This document shows positions 39,249 through 52,655 of a DNA stretch of 64,000 nt, one piece after another. A model generated the notes under the pieces. The model did no database searches, was not told where the DNA came from, and worked only from the letters and a program-made list of their open reading frames with translations. A program made the position numbers and the translations under genes. This DNA is from Eledone cirrhosa (lineage: Eukaryota): positions 12,958,001-13,022,000 of the forward strand of contig OZ024756.1 of NCBI GenBank assembly GCA_964016885.1. The letters run 5' to 3'. Position 1 is the first letter of the stretch, and each line of letters begins with the position of its first letter.

Positions 39249-39486
39249 ACATACACACATACATACATACACATATATATACACACACATACGTATACAA
39301 ATATATATATATATATATATACATATACACATACACACACACATATATATATATATATATAAAAAACCACATACACACATATATACATATACACACACAT
39401 ACACACAAACACATACACACATATATATACATATACATATATATATATACATTCATATATATAACCATATACATATATACATATAT

Positions 39487-39525
<39 letters not shown>

Positions 39526-39562
39526 AACAAATATATACACATACAAACACACACACATACAT

Positions 39563-39605
<43 letters not shown>

Positions 39606-39626
39606 CATATATACACATACACACAC

Positions 39627-39669
<43 letters not shown>

Positions 39670-40101
39670 CATATACACACACATATATATATATACACGC
39701 ACACACATATATACACATATATATACACACACAAACACACACACACATACACATGCACATGTATATATATATATCCATATATATACAAACATACACATAC
39801 ATACACAGACCTATACATAAATATACACATATATATACAGACATATAACGCATATATACACACATATATACATATATATATATATACATATATATACACA
39901 TATATATACACACACGCGCATACACACATACACACACACACACACACAAATATATATACACACTCTCTCTCACGCACATATATATATATATATATATACA
40001 TATATACATATACACACACACACACACATACATATACACATATATATATATATATACATATATACACATACATATATATACACATATACATATATATATA
40101 C

Positions 40102-40148
<47 letters not shown>

Positions 40149-40189
40149 CAAATACACACACACATATATATATACACACCTGCCCACAC

Positions 40190-40245
<56 letters not shown>

Positions 40246-40263
40246 GCACACACATACACACAT

Positions 40264-40314
<51 letters not shown>

Positions 40315-40315
40315 T
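38850..40315. repeat. Compound (AT)n/(AC)n microsatellite tract
   Basis: Direct reading. Confidence 0.97.
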
Positions 40316-40445
40316 GGAAAGTTATATTTAAAATTGTTGGGTTACAACTAGTAAATATTTATAACTGATATAAAAGCACTCGACAAATATTTGGAGTATA
40401 TTTACAATATTAAATAAATGGAAACTATATTTATAAAACCATATT

Positions 40446-40511
40446 TATTTCATTATATATATTTCGGGGATATCATATTAACAATATGCTATGCCTTCAT
40501 CAGACAAAATA
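40446..40511 (-). ncRNA. Type I minimal hammerhead ribozyme (antisense copy)
   Basis: Reverse complement of 42816-42881 with one change in stem I. Confidence 0.7.
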
Positions 40512-42815
40512 CAATATAAACAGTTTTATAGATAAATATATTCGACATACCGTTATAACACCGATTTGCATTTGAAGAGGTTAAGCTGGCAGTGAAAAAA
40601 TTTTACACAGAGAGAAAGAAAGAGAGAAAAAAAGAAAGAAAGACAGAAAACGAAGAAAAGGAAGAAAAAGAAGAAATGCATGGAACAAAATAGAGAGATG
40701 GAAAGATAGATAAAGAGAAGAACTTCATGTAAAGAAACAGAAAGAGATATATATAAATATATAGAGAGGAAATAGAGATAGATAGATATATATATAGAAA
40801 ATTAGGTAGTGGGAGGTCATTTTGAGTAAATGTATCAATGATACATTTATTTATTTATTTATTTATTTAGCTCTAGTATTAATGTAAGGGAGATATATAG
40901 AGAGAGAAAAAAATATAGAGAGAGAAAAAAAATAGCGAGAGAAAAAAATTTAAAAATAGCCAGATATATTCGAGGCGTAAAAACCCTATGTTTTAATGTA
41001 TTAGTATTTATAAAACTTCCACTATATTGTAAATATCAGTATTCCTGAATGAGACAAGTATCCATAGTGTGTGAAAATTAAATCATCTTATGTTTAGCTT
41101 CTCAAAAAAACCCATATGTCTATGTGACAGCCACAAACATCCATGTGAATCCACACGAACAACCCTGCAAACTCTAAGTTCACGGAAAACATTCTCAATG
41201 TGGTATAAAAACCCGAGTATACATATATGTGTATTATTTTTCCTGTCTTTACTCTACAAGACCATCTATCAAGCAGAAATAGAGAGCAGACCTCAATATA
41301 CTAATAAAAATATATATCAGAAACAAAATTTAAAAAAATAAAAAGATAACAATAATAATAATAAGTAATAATAAAATAGAAAACTAAAAAAATATTACGA
41401 AAGAATATTACATATTAAAAATATTACATATTAAAAAATATTACGTATTAAAAAATATTACGTATTAAAAAATTTACATATTAAAGATATTAAAAATAAA
41501 AATAAAAATATTATAAAATACTACAATAATAAAAAAATAAAAAAATAAAAATAAACCACAAAGATCAACCCTTCAAAATTAATTGACAATATATTGCCAA
41601 GTTCATTATAAGACAAAGCCAAAATTATCTATCAAATCACATCTAGCAAAGATCATTTCAAAAAGTTTATGATGTCCAATTTGGTCTACATGTGCTCTTA
41701 TATTCAATATAGAAGTTTATCTAGTGTAAGGTTTATTCAAAATATTTGGAGCATCAGCTTTTAGGGTAGCTTAATTTTTCATGAGGAATGTTTAAATAAA
41801 AATTGTAGTATTTTATAATATTTTTATTTTTATTTTTAATATCTTTAATATGTAAATTTTTTAATACGTAATATTTTTTAATACGTAATATTTTTTAATA
41901 TGTAATATTTTTAATATGTAATATTCTTTCGTAATATTTTTTTAGTTTTCTATTTTATTATTACTTATTATTATTATTGTTATCTTTTTATTTTTTTAAT
42001 TTTGTTTCTGATATATATTTTTATTAGTATATTGAGGTCTGCTCTCTATTTCTGCTTGATAGATGGTCTTGTAGAGTAAAGACAGGAAAAATAATACACA
42101 TATATGTATACTCGGGTTTTTATACCACATTGAGAATGTTTTCCGTGAACTTAGAGTTTGCAGGGTTGTTCGTGTGGATTCACATGGATGTTTGTGGCTG
42201 TCACATAGACATATGGGTTTTTTTGAGAAGCTAAACATAAGATGATTTAATTTTCACACACTATGGATACTTGTCTCATTCAGGAATACTGATATTTACA
42301 ATATAGTGGAAGTTTTATAAATACTAATACATTAAAACATAGGGTTTTTACGCCTCGAATATATCTGGCTATTTTTAAATTTTTTCTCTCGCTATTTTTT
42401 TTCTCTCTCTATATTTTTTTCTCTCTCTATATATCTCCCTTACATTAATACTAGAGCTAAATAAATAAATAAATAAATAAATGTATCATTGATACATTTA
42501 CTCAAAATGACCTCCCACTACCTAATTTTCTATATATATATCTATCTATCTCTATTTCCTCTCTATATATTTATATATATCTCTTTCTGTTTCTTTACAT
42601 GAAGTTCTTCTCTTTATCTATCTTTCCATCTCTCTATTTTGTTCCATGCATTTCTTCTTTTTCTTCCTTTTCTTCGTTTTCTGTCTTTCTTTCTTTTTTT
42701 CTCTCTTTCTTTCTCTCTGTGTAAAATTTTTTCACTGCCAGCTTAACCTCTTCAAATGCAAGTCGGTGTTATAACGGTATGTCGAATATATTTATCTATA
42801 AAACTGTTTATATTG

Positions 42816-42881
42816 TATTTCGTCTGATGAAGGCATAGCATATTGTTAATATGATATCCCCGAAATATATATAATGAAATA
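42816..42881 (+). ncRNA. Type I minimal hammerhead ribozyme
   Basis: Stem I TATTTCGT/ATGAAATA, CTGATGA, long stem II containing CATATT-GTT-AATATG, GAAA, palindromic stem III, AUA triplet with cleavage after 42873. Confidence 0.75.
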
Positions 42882-42947
42882 AATATGGTTTTATAAATAT
42901 AGTTTCCATTTATTTAATATTGTATATACATATATATATATATATCT

Positions 42948-44412
42948 GGTGCAATAAGTAGCAGCAAGTGCCCACAAAATACTAGCTCCTTCAACTGCGC
43001 AGAGGGTTCTATAGAAATAGTGGACAGCTTCCGTTACCTGGGTGACAAAATCAGCAGTGGGGGAGGGTGCTCTGAAAGTACAGTAGCTAGAGTCAGAACT
43101 GGATGGAAAAAGTTCAGAGAGCTTATACCACTATTAGCCGCTAGAGGGTTCTCCCTAAAAATGAAAGGCAGGTTATACGATGCCTGCATACGAACAGCAA
43201 TGCTGCATGGCAGTGAGACCTGGGCATTGTGTGCAGAGGATATACGCAGACTAGAGAGGGACGAAGCTTGCATGCTCCGCTGGATGTGCAATAGTAATAT
43301 ACGTGAACGGCAAAGCATAAACGAACTAAGGAAAAAATTAGAAATAAGAGGGATCAGATGTTGTTTACTCGAGAGAAGGCTACGTTGGTACGGTCACGTG
43401 ATGCGCATGAAAGACGACAGCTGTATAACAAAGTGCAGGGCAATAAAGGTAGACGGTAGCCACGGAGTAGGCAGACCCAGAAAAACATGGGACGAGCTGA
43501 TAAATTCCGACCTCACACGCTTACACCTCTCCAAGACAATGTCACTGGACCGAGACCTTTGGCGGTACTCAGTAATAGAGAAGACCCGCCTTACCTAAAT
43601 ACAAAGTAAAAACCTACTACAGTCAGTAGGCATCTCTACCCCCCCCCCCCCCCCCCCCCCTCCCACCACCTCCACCCCATCCACACCGCCCCTTTCAATG
43701 TACAGTTATGTTGGTCCCACAACATCCAGGCCGAAACAAATGAGATCGTGTAGGTGTCATGACAAAAAACACACAGTCCACGCTGTAAATGTGGCCGTGT
43801 AGGCAACACGGTAAAAACCTCCCAGCCCCACACTGTAAATGTGGTTGGTGTTAGGAAGGGCATCCAGCTGTAGAAAACCCGCCAGACAGTCCACGCTGTA
43901 ATGTGGCCGTGTAGGCAACACGGTAAAAACCTCCCAGCCCCACACTGTAAATGTGGTTGGTGTTAGGAAGGGCATCCAACTGTAGAAAACCCGCCAGACA
44001 GTCCTATGCGAGCAAGACAACCACTCTTGCCTCAAGTGGGAAAACCCCCGTCCAAACCCATGCAAGCGTGGAACACGGACGCTAAACCTGATGATGATGA
44101 TGATGATGATATATATATATATATATATATATAGTAAGCCACAACATCCAGGCCGAAACAAATGAGGTCGTGTAGGTGTCACGACAAAAAAAACACACAG
44201 TCCACGCTGTAATGTGGCCGTGTAGGTAACACGGTAAAAACCTCCCAGTCCCACACTGTAAATGTGGTTGGTGTTCGGAAGGGCATGCAGCCGTAGAAAA
44301 CCCACCGGACAGTCCTATACGAGCAAGACAACCAAACTTGCCTCAAGTGGGAAAATTACCGTCCAAACACATGCTAGCGTGGAAGATGGACGTTAAACGA
44401 TGATGATGATGA
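42948..44412 (+). mobile_element. RTE LINE 3' portion with a duplicated 3'UTR and tail
   Basis: ORF 43020-43598 has RTE C-terminal motifs; two (GAT)n tails near 44100 and 44405. Confidence 0.93.
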
Positions 44413-44539
44413 TAAGGTTATTATTGGTTGTGTCATACGGTCCAATAAACTTTTGTTAGCAATATTAAGTTCTCTACGCTTTTGTATATCTCCAATTCCA
44501 TTTATGGGAACAGCTAGATGATGTAAAATGGAGTATTTG

Positions 44540-44814
44540 TATCAAAATAAAGATCCGAATTTCCAATCATTTTAATCACGACACATGTTTCAATAAGCGA
44601 TAGATCAATCGTGTGGCCATGATCGATCATCACTGATCTCGTCAGGTGAAAATTTTCTCCCTCATATCAAGGATTTGAAGACAATTCATTTTCACCTGAC
44701 GAGATCAGTGATAATCGATCATGGCCGCACGATTGATCTATCTCTTATGGAAACATGTGTCGTGATTAAAATGATTGGAAATTTATACCATGCCTTCGGA
44801 TCTTTATTTTGATA
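44540..44814. mobile_element. Palindromic MITE / fold-back element
   Basis: ~110-nt near-perfect inverted arms (CACGACACATGTTTC..TCGTCAGGTGAAAAT and its reverse complement). Confidence 0.85.
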
Positions 44815-44975
44815 TATATATATATATATATATAAAATTGCAAGTTGAAGAATTATTAGATAAAATATATACAGTCTTTCCTCTCCCTAGTCCATTTTAG
44901 ACCTCTCTCCCTTTCTTTTCCTCCCTCCATCCTCTCCTCTCCCTAAATATTATATCCACCTGTTTCTACTTGCAG

Positions 44976-45149
44976 CCTGGTTGGAAGTGTAATAAATGTA
45001 CATATTACAACCTTCCATTGCGGCCTGGTTGTGAGATGTGTACAGCACCACGGCCTCTCGACTATGAAGTACCAGATAACTACTCTATGAGCTCGACAGA
45101 GAAACACTGGAAAAAACAAGAGGAAGATGCAGAATTAGTCCAAAAAGAG
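44976..45149 (+). CDS. RBCK1: RBCK1 exon E, NZF (RanBP2-type) zinc finger
   Basis: ttgcag|; PGWKCNKCTYYNLPLRPGCEMC resembles HOIL-1L [21 protein letters not shown]; GAG|gtacag. Confidence 0.95.
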
Positions 45150-45914
45150 GTACAGATTTCTCTTTACAGCATGTTCATGTCTATATTTGCTAATGTTGTA
45201 TACTTCCTGAGAAAAAAAAAAGTTAGTCGTGAATATATGTATCATATATGGCGAGGTATAAGTCGACCTGGTGCATAGGTCGACCCCTAATATTCTGAGG
45301 TGTAATTCAGGTTTAGGCTTATATTCACTGGATAAGACAACCCCCACCAAAAATAAGGCAGTTGCAGGGTAAATAATTAAAAAAACTTAGTGGTGTGCTA
45401 AAGGCTAAGACACTTCTTCTAAAACACTTCAGTTGCAAGTAAGTTCTAACTCACTGAGTAAGCCAGTCTAACCTTAACGAACCTATGATAACCTACCCTA
45501 TAGTAACCTACTCTTTGGTAACCTACCCTATGTTGACCTACTCTAGGATAACCTACCCTATGTTGACCTACTCTAGGATAACCTACCCAATCAGCTACAG
45601 TCATTGATATTATTATAATCTCTATGTTAAATAGACTTCACAAATATGATATTCAGTAGGAAATAATTGCTAGAATTATGATAAGTGGTGTACAACGAGT
45701 GTTAGGCAGGCAGTTTCACTGTTTACCCCTCAGTGGTAAAGGTTCACATTTTATATTCGGTAGGCAATTCAACCTGTGGTTTTGGAGAGATATTTTTAGG
45801 CTCCAAACGTTGTCTTGTACACCGGCATATATGGTATATATATAAATATGTGTGTGTGGATTCAGAAAGAAATGACCAAGAGTGCATAAAGGTGTATATA
45901 TATATATATTTACA

Positions 45915-47388
45915 AAAGATGTAGTGGGATCTAGTCAAGTTTAGCTAAGAATGTAGGCTTTACATGAAGCAGTTGCACCGAGACATTAAGCAGCAAACGA
46001 CCACAGGAAACAATATCAAATTCTGAGAGGGCTCTCTAGAAACAGTAGACAGATTCTGCTACCTGGGTGATCAAATTAGCAGCAGTGGTGGTGTTCTGAA
46101 AATATAGTAGCTAGAGTAAGAACGGGATGTAAAAAGTTCAGGGAGCTACTACCACTGCTAACTACAAAAGGCTTTTCCCTCAAAATGAAAGGCAGACTAT
46201 ATGATGCGTGCATACAAACAGCAATGTTACATGGTATGAGACCTGACTGCTGTATGCAAAAAACTTGTGTAGATTGGAAAGAAATGAAGCTTGCATGCTC
46301 TGATGGATGTGTAATAGTAATATACGCAAACGGCAAAGCATAAATGAACAGAGAGAGACTAGGCATAAGAGGAATCAAATGCTGTGTGCAGGAGAGGAGA
46401 TTGCGTAGGTATGGACATGTTATGCGTATGAAGGATGACATCTGTATAAAAAGGTGCAGAGCACTCAAATTTGATAGATGCTTTGGAGTGGGGAGACCCA
46501 AGAAGACCTGGGATGAGGTGATAAAAGCTGCCTTTGCCCAATTGCACTTCCCAAAGGCAATGACATAGGACCGAAATTTTTGGCGTTACACAGTAATACA
46601 GAAAACTAGACTTTCCACGATCAGAGGCCAAAGTTGAAGCATGTATATAGTGTGCACCACCCCACCCTTCCATACATCTCCCATGAGGACAGGCCAAAGT
46701 ATTCATCCAGTGAAGCCCCCAGCCTACACTGTAAAGTGTGATAATGGTGACACAACAAAAAGCATTCAACCCGCACTGTAAAGTAGTTGTATAGGTGTCA
46801 CAACAAAAAGCCCTCAGTACATACTGTAAAGTGGTCATGTAGGTGTCACGACAAAAAGCACCCAGTACACTGTAAAGTGGTCATGTAGGTGTCACGACAA
46901 AAGGCACCCAGCTCACACTGGGAAATAGTCATGTAGGTGTCATGGCAAAAAGCACCCAGTACACTGTAAAGTGGTCATGTAGGTGTCACGACAAAAGGCA
47001 CCCAGCTCACACTGGGAAATAGTCATGTAGGTGTCATGGCAAAAAGCACCCAGTACACTGTAAAGTGGTCATGTAGGTGTCATGACAAAAAGCACCCAGT
47101 TCACTGTAAAGTGGTCATGTAGGTATCATGACAAAAAGCACCCAGTACACTGTAAAGTGGTCATGTAGGTGACATGACAAAAATCACCCTGTCCACACTG
47201 TAAAGTGGTTATGTAGATGTCATGGCAAAAAGCACCCAGTCCACACTGTAAATGAGGTTGGCGTTAGGAAGGGCATCCAGCTGTAGAAATGAAGCCAAAA
47301 TCATTTCTGTATGAGCATTGCCCACAACAGGAAAACTCGTCTAACCCATGCTAACATGGAAAAATGACGTAAAATGGTGATGATGATT
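45915..47388 (+). mobile_element. Degenerate RTE 3' fragment with a 3'UTR expanded into ~45-bp tandem repeats
   Basis: RTE C-terminal motifs; CACTGTAAAGTGGTCATGTAGGTGTCA repeats; (GAT)n tail. Confidence 0.9.
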
Positions 47389-47586
47389 ACAGTATTTAGA
47401 CATGCAAACATGCCAGAGATATGTATTTGTCATTGTTTTTCATTTTTTCAATTTACTCACCACCCCTTTCTCTGTGATGTTAAACAATGATGATGATGTT
47501 TGCATTTCTATATACTAAACAGGTGTAAATTTATATACACATTTATGCAATGTCAGGTACTTTTATTTTGTATATATACATATTTA

Positions 47587-49993
47587 AATGGGTTGGGTGG
47601 AGTAGGAATCATGGTAGCAGAAAAGTGGGCAGATAAGATAATAGACATAAATAGAGTGAACGACAGAATAATTAAAATAAGACTTGTCCTAAATAGAACT
47701 ACTGTGACAATAATATCTGCGTACGCACCCCAATCCGGACTGCCTGGCGTTATAAAAGACAGATTCTATGAGTCATTAATGCTCACTACCTCCCAAATAA
47801 CCGACAGTGACTACATAATTATTGCTGGCGACCTAAATGATCACATTGGACAACATTGTGACGGCTATGACGGAATCCATGGAGACTATGGGTTTGGTAC
47901 TAGAAATGAGGAAGGCTCCAGAATCCTGGAATTTTGTGACGCAAATAACCTAACTATCTGTAACACTAACTTCAAAAAATGAGACAATCACTTGATCACC
48001 TATAGATCAGGGGAACACGCCAGTCAGATAGATTATATCCTTACCAGAAGACGTGATAGAGTGTCTGTTGTAAGCACTAAATCCCTCCCGCATGAAGAAT
48101 GCACCTCCCAACATAGACTCAAAGTTAGCGACCTCATAGTCAGGACACGACGTACTTGACAACAGTGGAGGACTATCCTCAGGAGAAAAATATGGAAGCT
48201 AAAGGACCCCACAGCCAATAATAAATTTAAAAGCATATTACTTGATGCTTTTGACAGTAAGGAAGAGCAATTAGAGTCGTACAATATGGAGGAACAGTGG
48301 GAATTCCTGAAAGCTAACCTGCTGAAGGCGGCAGATGAAGTCTGTGGCTGGAGCAAACCTATAGGCAGGAGGAGAGTAACGTGGTGGTGGAACAGTAAGG
48401 TGGAGGAGTCAATCAAGTGGTCAGGAGGGAAGCTAGGAGACAAGTGTACTTCGCAAGAAGGGAAGCAGAGGAAAGAAAGTTCAAGCATGTTCTACAACGC
48501 GAGGACCAAAAACGTGAGGTGTTCAGGACTGCTAGGCAATGTGTCAAAGAAAACCGAGATATTGTCGGGGAGAAGTGTGTCCGTAATGATGATGGTGTAC
48601 TTGCCATCACTGATGCTGATAAGAAGGTAGCTTGGAAGTGTCACTACGAAAGGCTACTAAACGAGGAGAATAAATGGGAGAAAGACAGTCTCCCCCACAT
48701 TGATCCAATAGAGGGACCAGCAATGCAAGTTGAAGGTAGTATAATAAGTAAGGCAATCAAAGATATGAAGACGGGCAAGGCGGCTGAGCCTTCGGAAATA
48801 GTTGCTGAAATGCTGAAAGCATCTGGAACGGTGAGACACACCATGGTCACCCGGATAGTAAACCAAGTCATACAGAATGGGGTCGTACTGAAGGACTGGC
48901 GTAGCAGCATCATCATTAACTGCTACAAGGGTAAAGGAGATGCCCTAGATAGGGGAAACTATAGAGGCATTAAATTAATTGACCAGGTCATGAAGGTCAC
49001 AGAAAAAGTAATAGCGCAACTAATCAGAGAGAGAATTGATCTGGATGAAATGCAGTTCAGGTTTGTGTCAGGTAAAAGTACCACAGACGCTCTTTTCATT
49101 GTACGACAACTACAGGAGAAGTACCTAGCTAAAAGTAAACCCCTATACTTAGCCTTTGTTGACTTGGAGAAAGCCTTTGACAGAGTCCCGCGCCCCATTA
49201 TCTAGTGGGCTCTCAGAAAACTAGGTGTTGATGAATGGCTTGTGAGAGCTATACAAGCCATGTATAAAGAAACAGTCAGCAAGGTTAGAATTAACAACGA
49301 ATATAGTGAAGAGTTTAGCGTAAAAGTTGGTGTTCATCAGGGCCCCGTCCTTAGCCCCCTCCTATTATTGCCCTTCAGGCTATAACAGAGGAGTTCAAGA
49401 CCTACTGCCCATGGGAACTCCTATACGCTGATGATCTAACGCTTATAGCTGAATCAATGGCTGAACTAGAGAAGAAATTCCAAACATGGAAGCATGGCCT
49501 AGAATCAAAAGGCCTTAAAATTAACCTGTCTAAGACTAAAGTGCTAGTATGTGCTAAAATAGGGCACTGGTCCAATCTGGGAAATGGCCATGCCCAGTGT
49601 GTAGGAAAGGAGTAAGCAGAAACTCCATTTTATGTCCCAAATGCAAAGTATGGGTGCATAAAAGATGTAGTGGGATCACAGGTAAGCTAACTAAGAATAT
49701 AGATTTTATATGTGGCCAGTGCTCAGGTGCAATAAGTAGCAGCAAGTGCCCACAGGTGTCACGACAAAAAAACACACAGTCCACGCTGTAATGTGGCCGT
49801 GTAGGTAACACGGTAAAAACCTCCCAGTCCACACTGTAAACGTGGTTGGTGTTAGGAAGGGCATCCAGCCGTAGAAAACCCGCCAGGTAGTCCTATACGA
49901 GCAAGACAACCAAACTTGCCTCAAGTGGGAAAATTACCGTCCAAACCCATGCTAGCGTGGAAGATGGACGTTAAACGATGATGATGATGATGA
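47587..49993 (+). mobile_element. RTE LINE (APE endonuclease, RT, PHD-like finger), internally deleted and joined to its 3' tail
   Basis: GVGI, SAYAPQ, GDLN, QIDY, DLEKAFD and YADD motifs; stops and frameshifts. Confidence 0.95.
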
Positions 49994-50084
49994 TTTAAAT
50001 TTATCATATACTTCTGCTGCTTATATGTATTATTCTGTTACGTATTCCAGCCAACAGGCTGAGGCCATGCTGGGGCACCACCAT

Positions 50085-50800
50085 ATTTATATACATGTGA
50101 AGCCTCCAGCCTATACTATAAAGTGGTTTTGATGGCGATATGGCAAAAAGTGCCCTGCCCACACTGTAAAGTGGTTGTGATGGCGACATGGCAAAAAGTG
50201 CCCTGCCCACACTGTAAAGTGGTTGTGATGGCGACATGGCAAAAAGTGCCCTTCTCACACTGTAAAGTGGTCGTGTAGGTGCCACAACAAAAAGCACCCA
50301 GCCCACACTGTAAATGAGGTTGGTGTTAAGAAGGGCATCCAGCTGTAGAAACAAAGCCAAAATCAGTATGAGCAAGACATGGTCACCACGACCTGGCATT
50401 GCTCACAAAAGGATAACTCATTTAACCCATGCCAGCATGGAAAAATGGACGTTAAACGATGATGATGATATATATATATTAAAAAGAATGAAGCATGCAT
50501 GCTTCACTGGATATATAATGTTGGTGTACATGATCATCAGAGCAGAAGGGAATTGAGAGAAAAGTTGAGCCTAAGAAGAATTGAATGTTGTGTGTAAGAG
50601 AGATGATTGCACTGGTATGGTCATGTGATGCATAAGGAGAACAAGTGTTGCATAAAAAAAAAGTGCTGAGTGCTTGAAATAGCTGGAACCTGTGGAAGAG
50701 AGAAACCAAGGAAGACATGGGAGGAAATTGTGAAGAATGGCCTAAAAAAATTGAACCTCATGAATGAGTTAACTGGTGGTATGTCATAATACAAAAGACC
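50085..50800 (+). mobile_element. RTE 3'UTR/SINE tail followed by a degenerate RTE C-terminal fragment
   Basis: GAAGGGCATCCAGCTGTAGAAA tail motif; WYGHVM remnant. Confidence 0.75.
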
Positions 50801-51413
50801 AAACTACCAGTACCAACACTGTGGCAGAGATGACACAGGACTGAGCTGGCTGGTGGTGTGTCATAATACAAAGGACCTGTCCACCTGGTGATATGTCATA
50901 ATACAAAGGACCTGTCCACCTGGTGATATATAATAATAATAATAATAATGAAATTATTGTGTACAGTGTTCAGGTGCACTACAACTCATCAAAGGTGCAT
51001 GTATAGTACATGTCATAATATAAACACTGCAACACGAAAAATAAATGTGGTGAGAGACTGAAGGTTACGGTGCTTGACTTCTAAACATCTGGTACACTGT
51101 AAGAATATGAGCGAGATGCAGGCCCCCAGCATTTGGCAGACATGAGTTCAAATACCCACAGGTGACTCTGTCTACATTTTCCCTGTCTGTAGGAGCTTCT
51201 TTGATTATTTTATAGTCAACACTGTGTTGTAGCAGCTTGTATACAAGCTAACATTTGCCCTCTGATGAAGACCCAACTAGGTTTAAAGTCAATTAAAGAT
51301 GTTTATAATTTTTTTAAATTTGCATATCTAATCTACTTATTAAAAATGTCTATATTTTTAAACGCACAAAACCAACAGGTGTGTGTTTTTATTGGCAGCA
51401 CCTCCCAAAGTAT

Positions 51414-51470
<57 letters not shown>

Positions 51471-51597
51471 ATATATATGTCTATGTGTGTGTGTGTGTAT
51501 TACTGGTACCTATTTTGTTGTTCCCTTGTATAACAATAGTTTAAGTATCACATTTTATTCTATATAGATATAATAGTATCAAATTAATGTAGTTTTT

Positions 51598-52027
51598 TTA
51601 ACCCTTTAGTATTTACATTACTCTATATATACTATTGTATTTTCACAGTAAAGGCTTTACCTCACATAATATCTCACATAACATTTACATTACTCTATAT
51701 ATACTATTGTATTTTCACAGTAAAGGCTTTATCTTACATATTTATCTTACATAACATTTACATTACTCTATATATACTATTGTATTTTCACAGTAAAGGC
51801 TTTACCTCACATAATATCTCACATAACATTTACATTACTCTATATATACTATTGTATTTTCACAGTAAAGGCTTTATCTTACATATTTATCTTACATAAT
51901 ATCGAATCTACGAGATTTTGATATTAATTATTTTGAGAACAATACCTTAATATAAGTATGAGTGACTGATTACAGTCGGTTTGAACAGAAAGAGGTGAGA
52001 GAATTCTGGTCGGATACGGCCGGTTTA
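51598..52027. mobile_element. piggyBac-type MITE with internal tandem duplications
   Basis: TTAACCCTTTAG start; a ~72-bp internal segment repeated four times. Confidence 0.8.
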
Positions 52028-52134
52028 AATGCTAAAGAAAGAGTTAAACATTTTCAATGGACACTGTTTAAATATTGGCTAGCAAAGGCAGTACAGCATC
52101 ATTCTAATTAATGTTGGTACCTAATTAAATATTG

Positions 52135-52655
52135 TTAATTAGATTGACAATAAATTAGTGTGAGATTAACTCGTACTAATTAGATTGACAGTAAATTAGA
52201 GTTAGATTAAGTAGTATTAATTAGATAGTAAATTAATGTTAGATTAACTAGTACTAATTAGATAGTAAATTAGAGTTAGATTAACTAGTACTAACTAGAT
52301 AGTAAATTAGAGTTAGATTAACTAGTACTAACTAGATAGTAAATTAATGTTAGATTAACTAGTACTAATTAGATAGTAAATTAGAGTTAGATTAACTAGT
52401 ACTAACTAGATAGTAAATTAATGTTAGATCAACTAGTACTAATTAGATAGTAAATTAGAGTTAGATCAACTAGTACTAATTAGATAGTAAATTAGAGTTA
52501 GATTAACTAGTACTAATTAGATAGTACATTAGAGTTAGATTAACTAGTACTAATTAGATAGTACATTAGAGTTAGATTAACTAGTACTAATTAGATAGTA
52601 CATTAGAGTTAGATTAACTAGTACTAATTAGATAGTACATTAGAGTTAGATTAAA
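52135..52655. repeat. 37-bp AT-rich minisatellite
   Basis: AGATAGTAAATTAGAGTTAGATTAACTAGTACTAATT repeats. Confidence 0.95.

Larger units (their letters stand above)
40403..42924. repeat. Long inverted repeat: arms 40403-41527 and 41802-42924, 274-bp spacer; probably Penelope pLTR-derived
   Basis: Arms are near-perfect reverse complements (the same ORF is called at 41090+ and 42238-); each outer end carries a hammerhead motif. Confidence 0.93.

Noticed and set aside
38849-40368. Long Tyr/Ile/Cys/Val and His/Thr ORFs
   Set aside because: Dinucleotide microsatellite
41090-42238. Duplicated ~80-aa ORF as a gene pair
   Set aside because: A by-product of the inverted repeat; no splice signals or recognisable domain
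51255-51295. Hammerhead-like CTGATGAAGACC..GGTTTAAAGTC
   Set aside because: GAAA is absent and there is no stem I partner; at most a decayed relic
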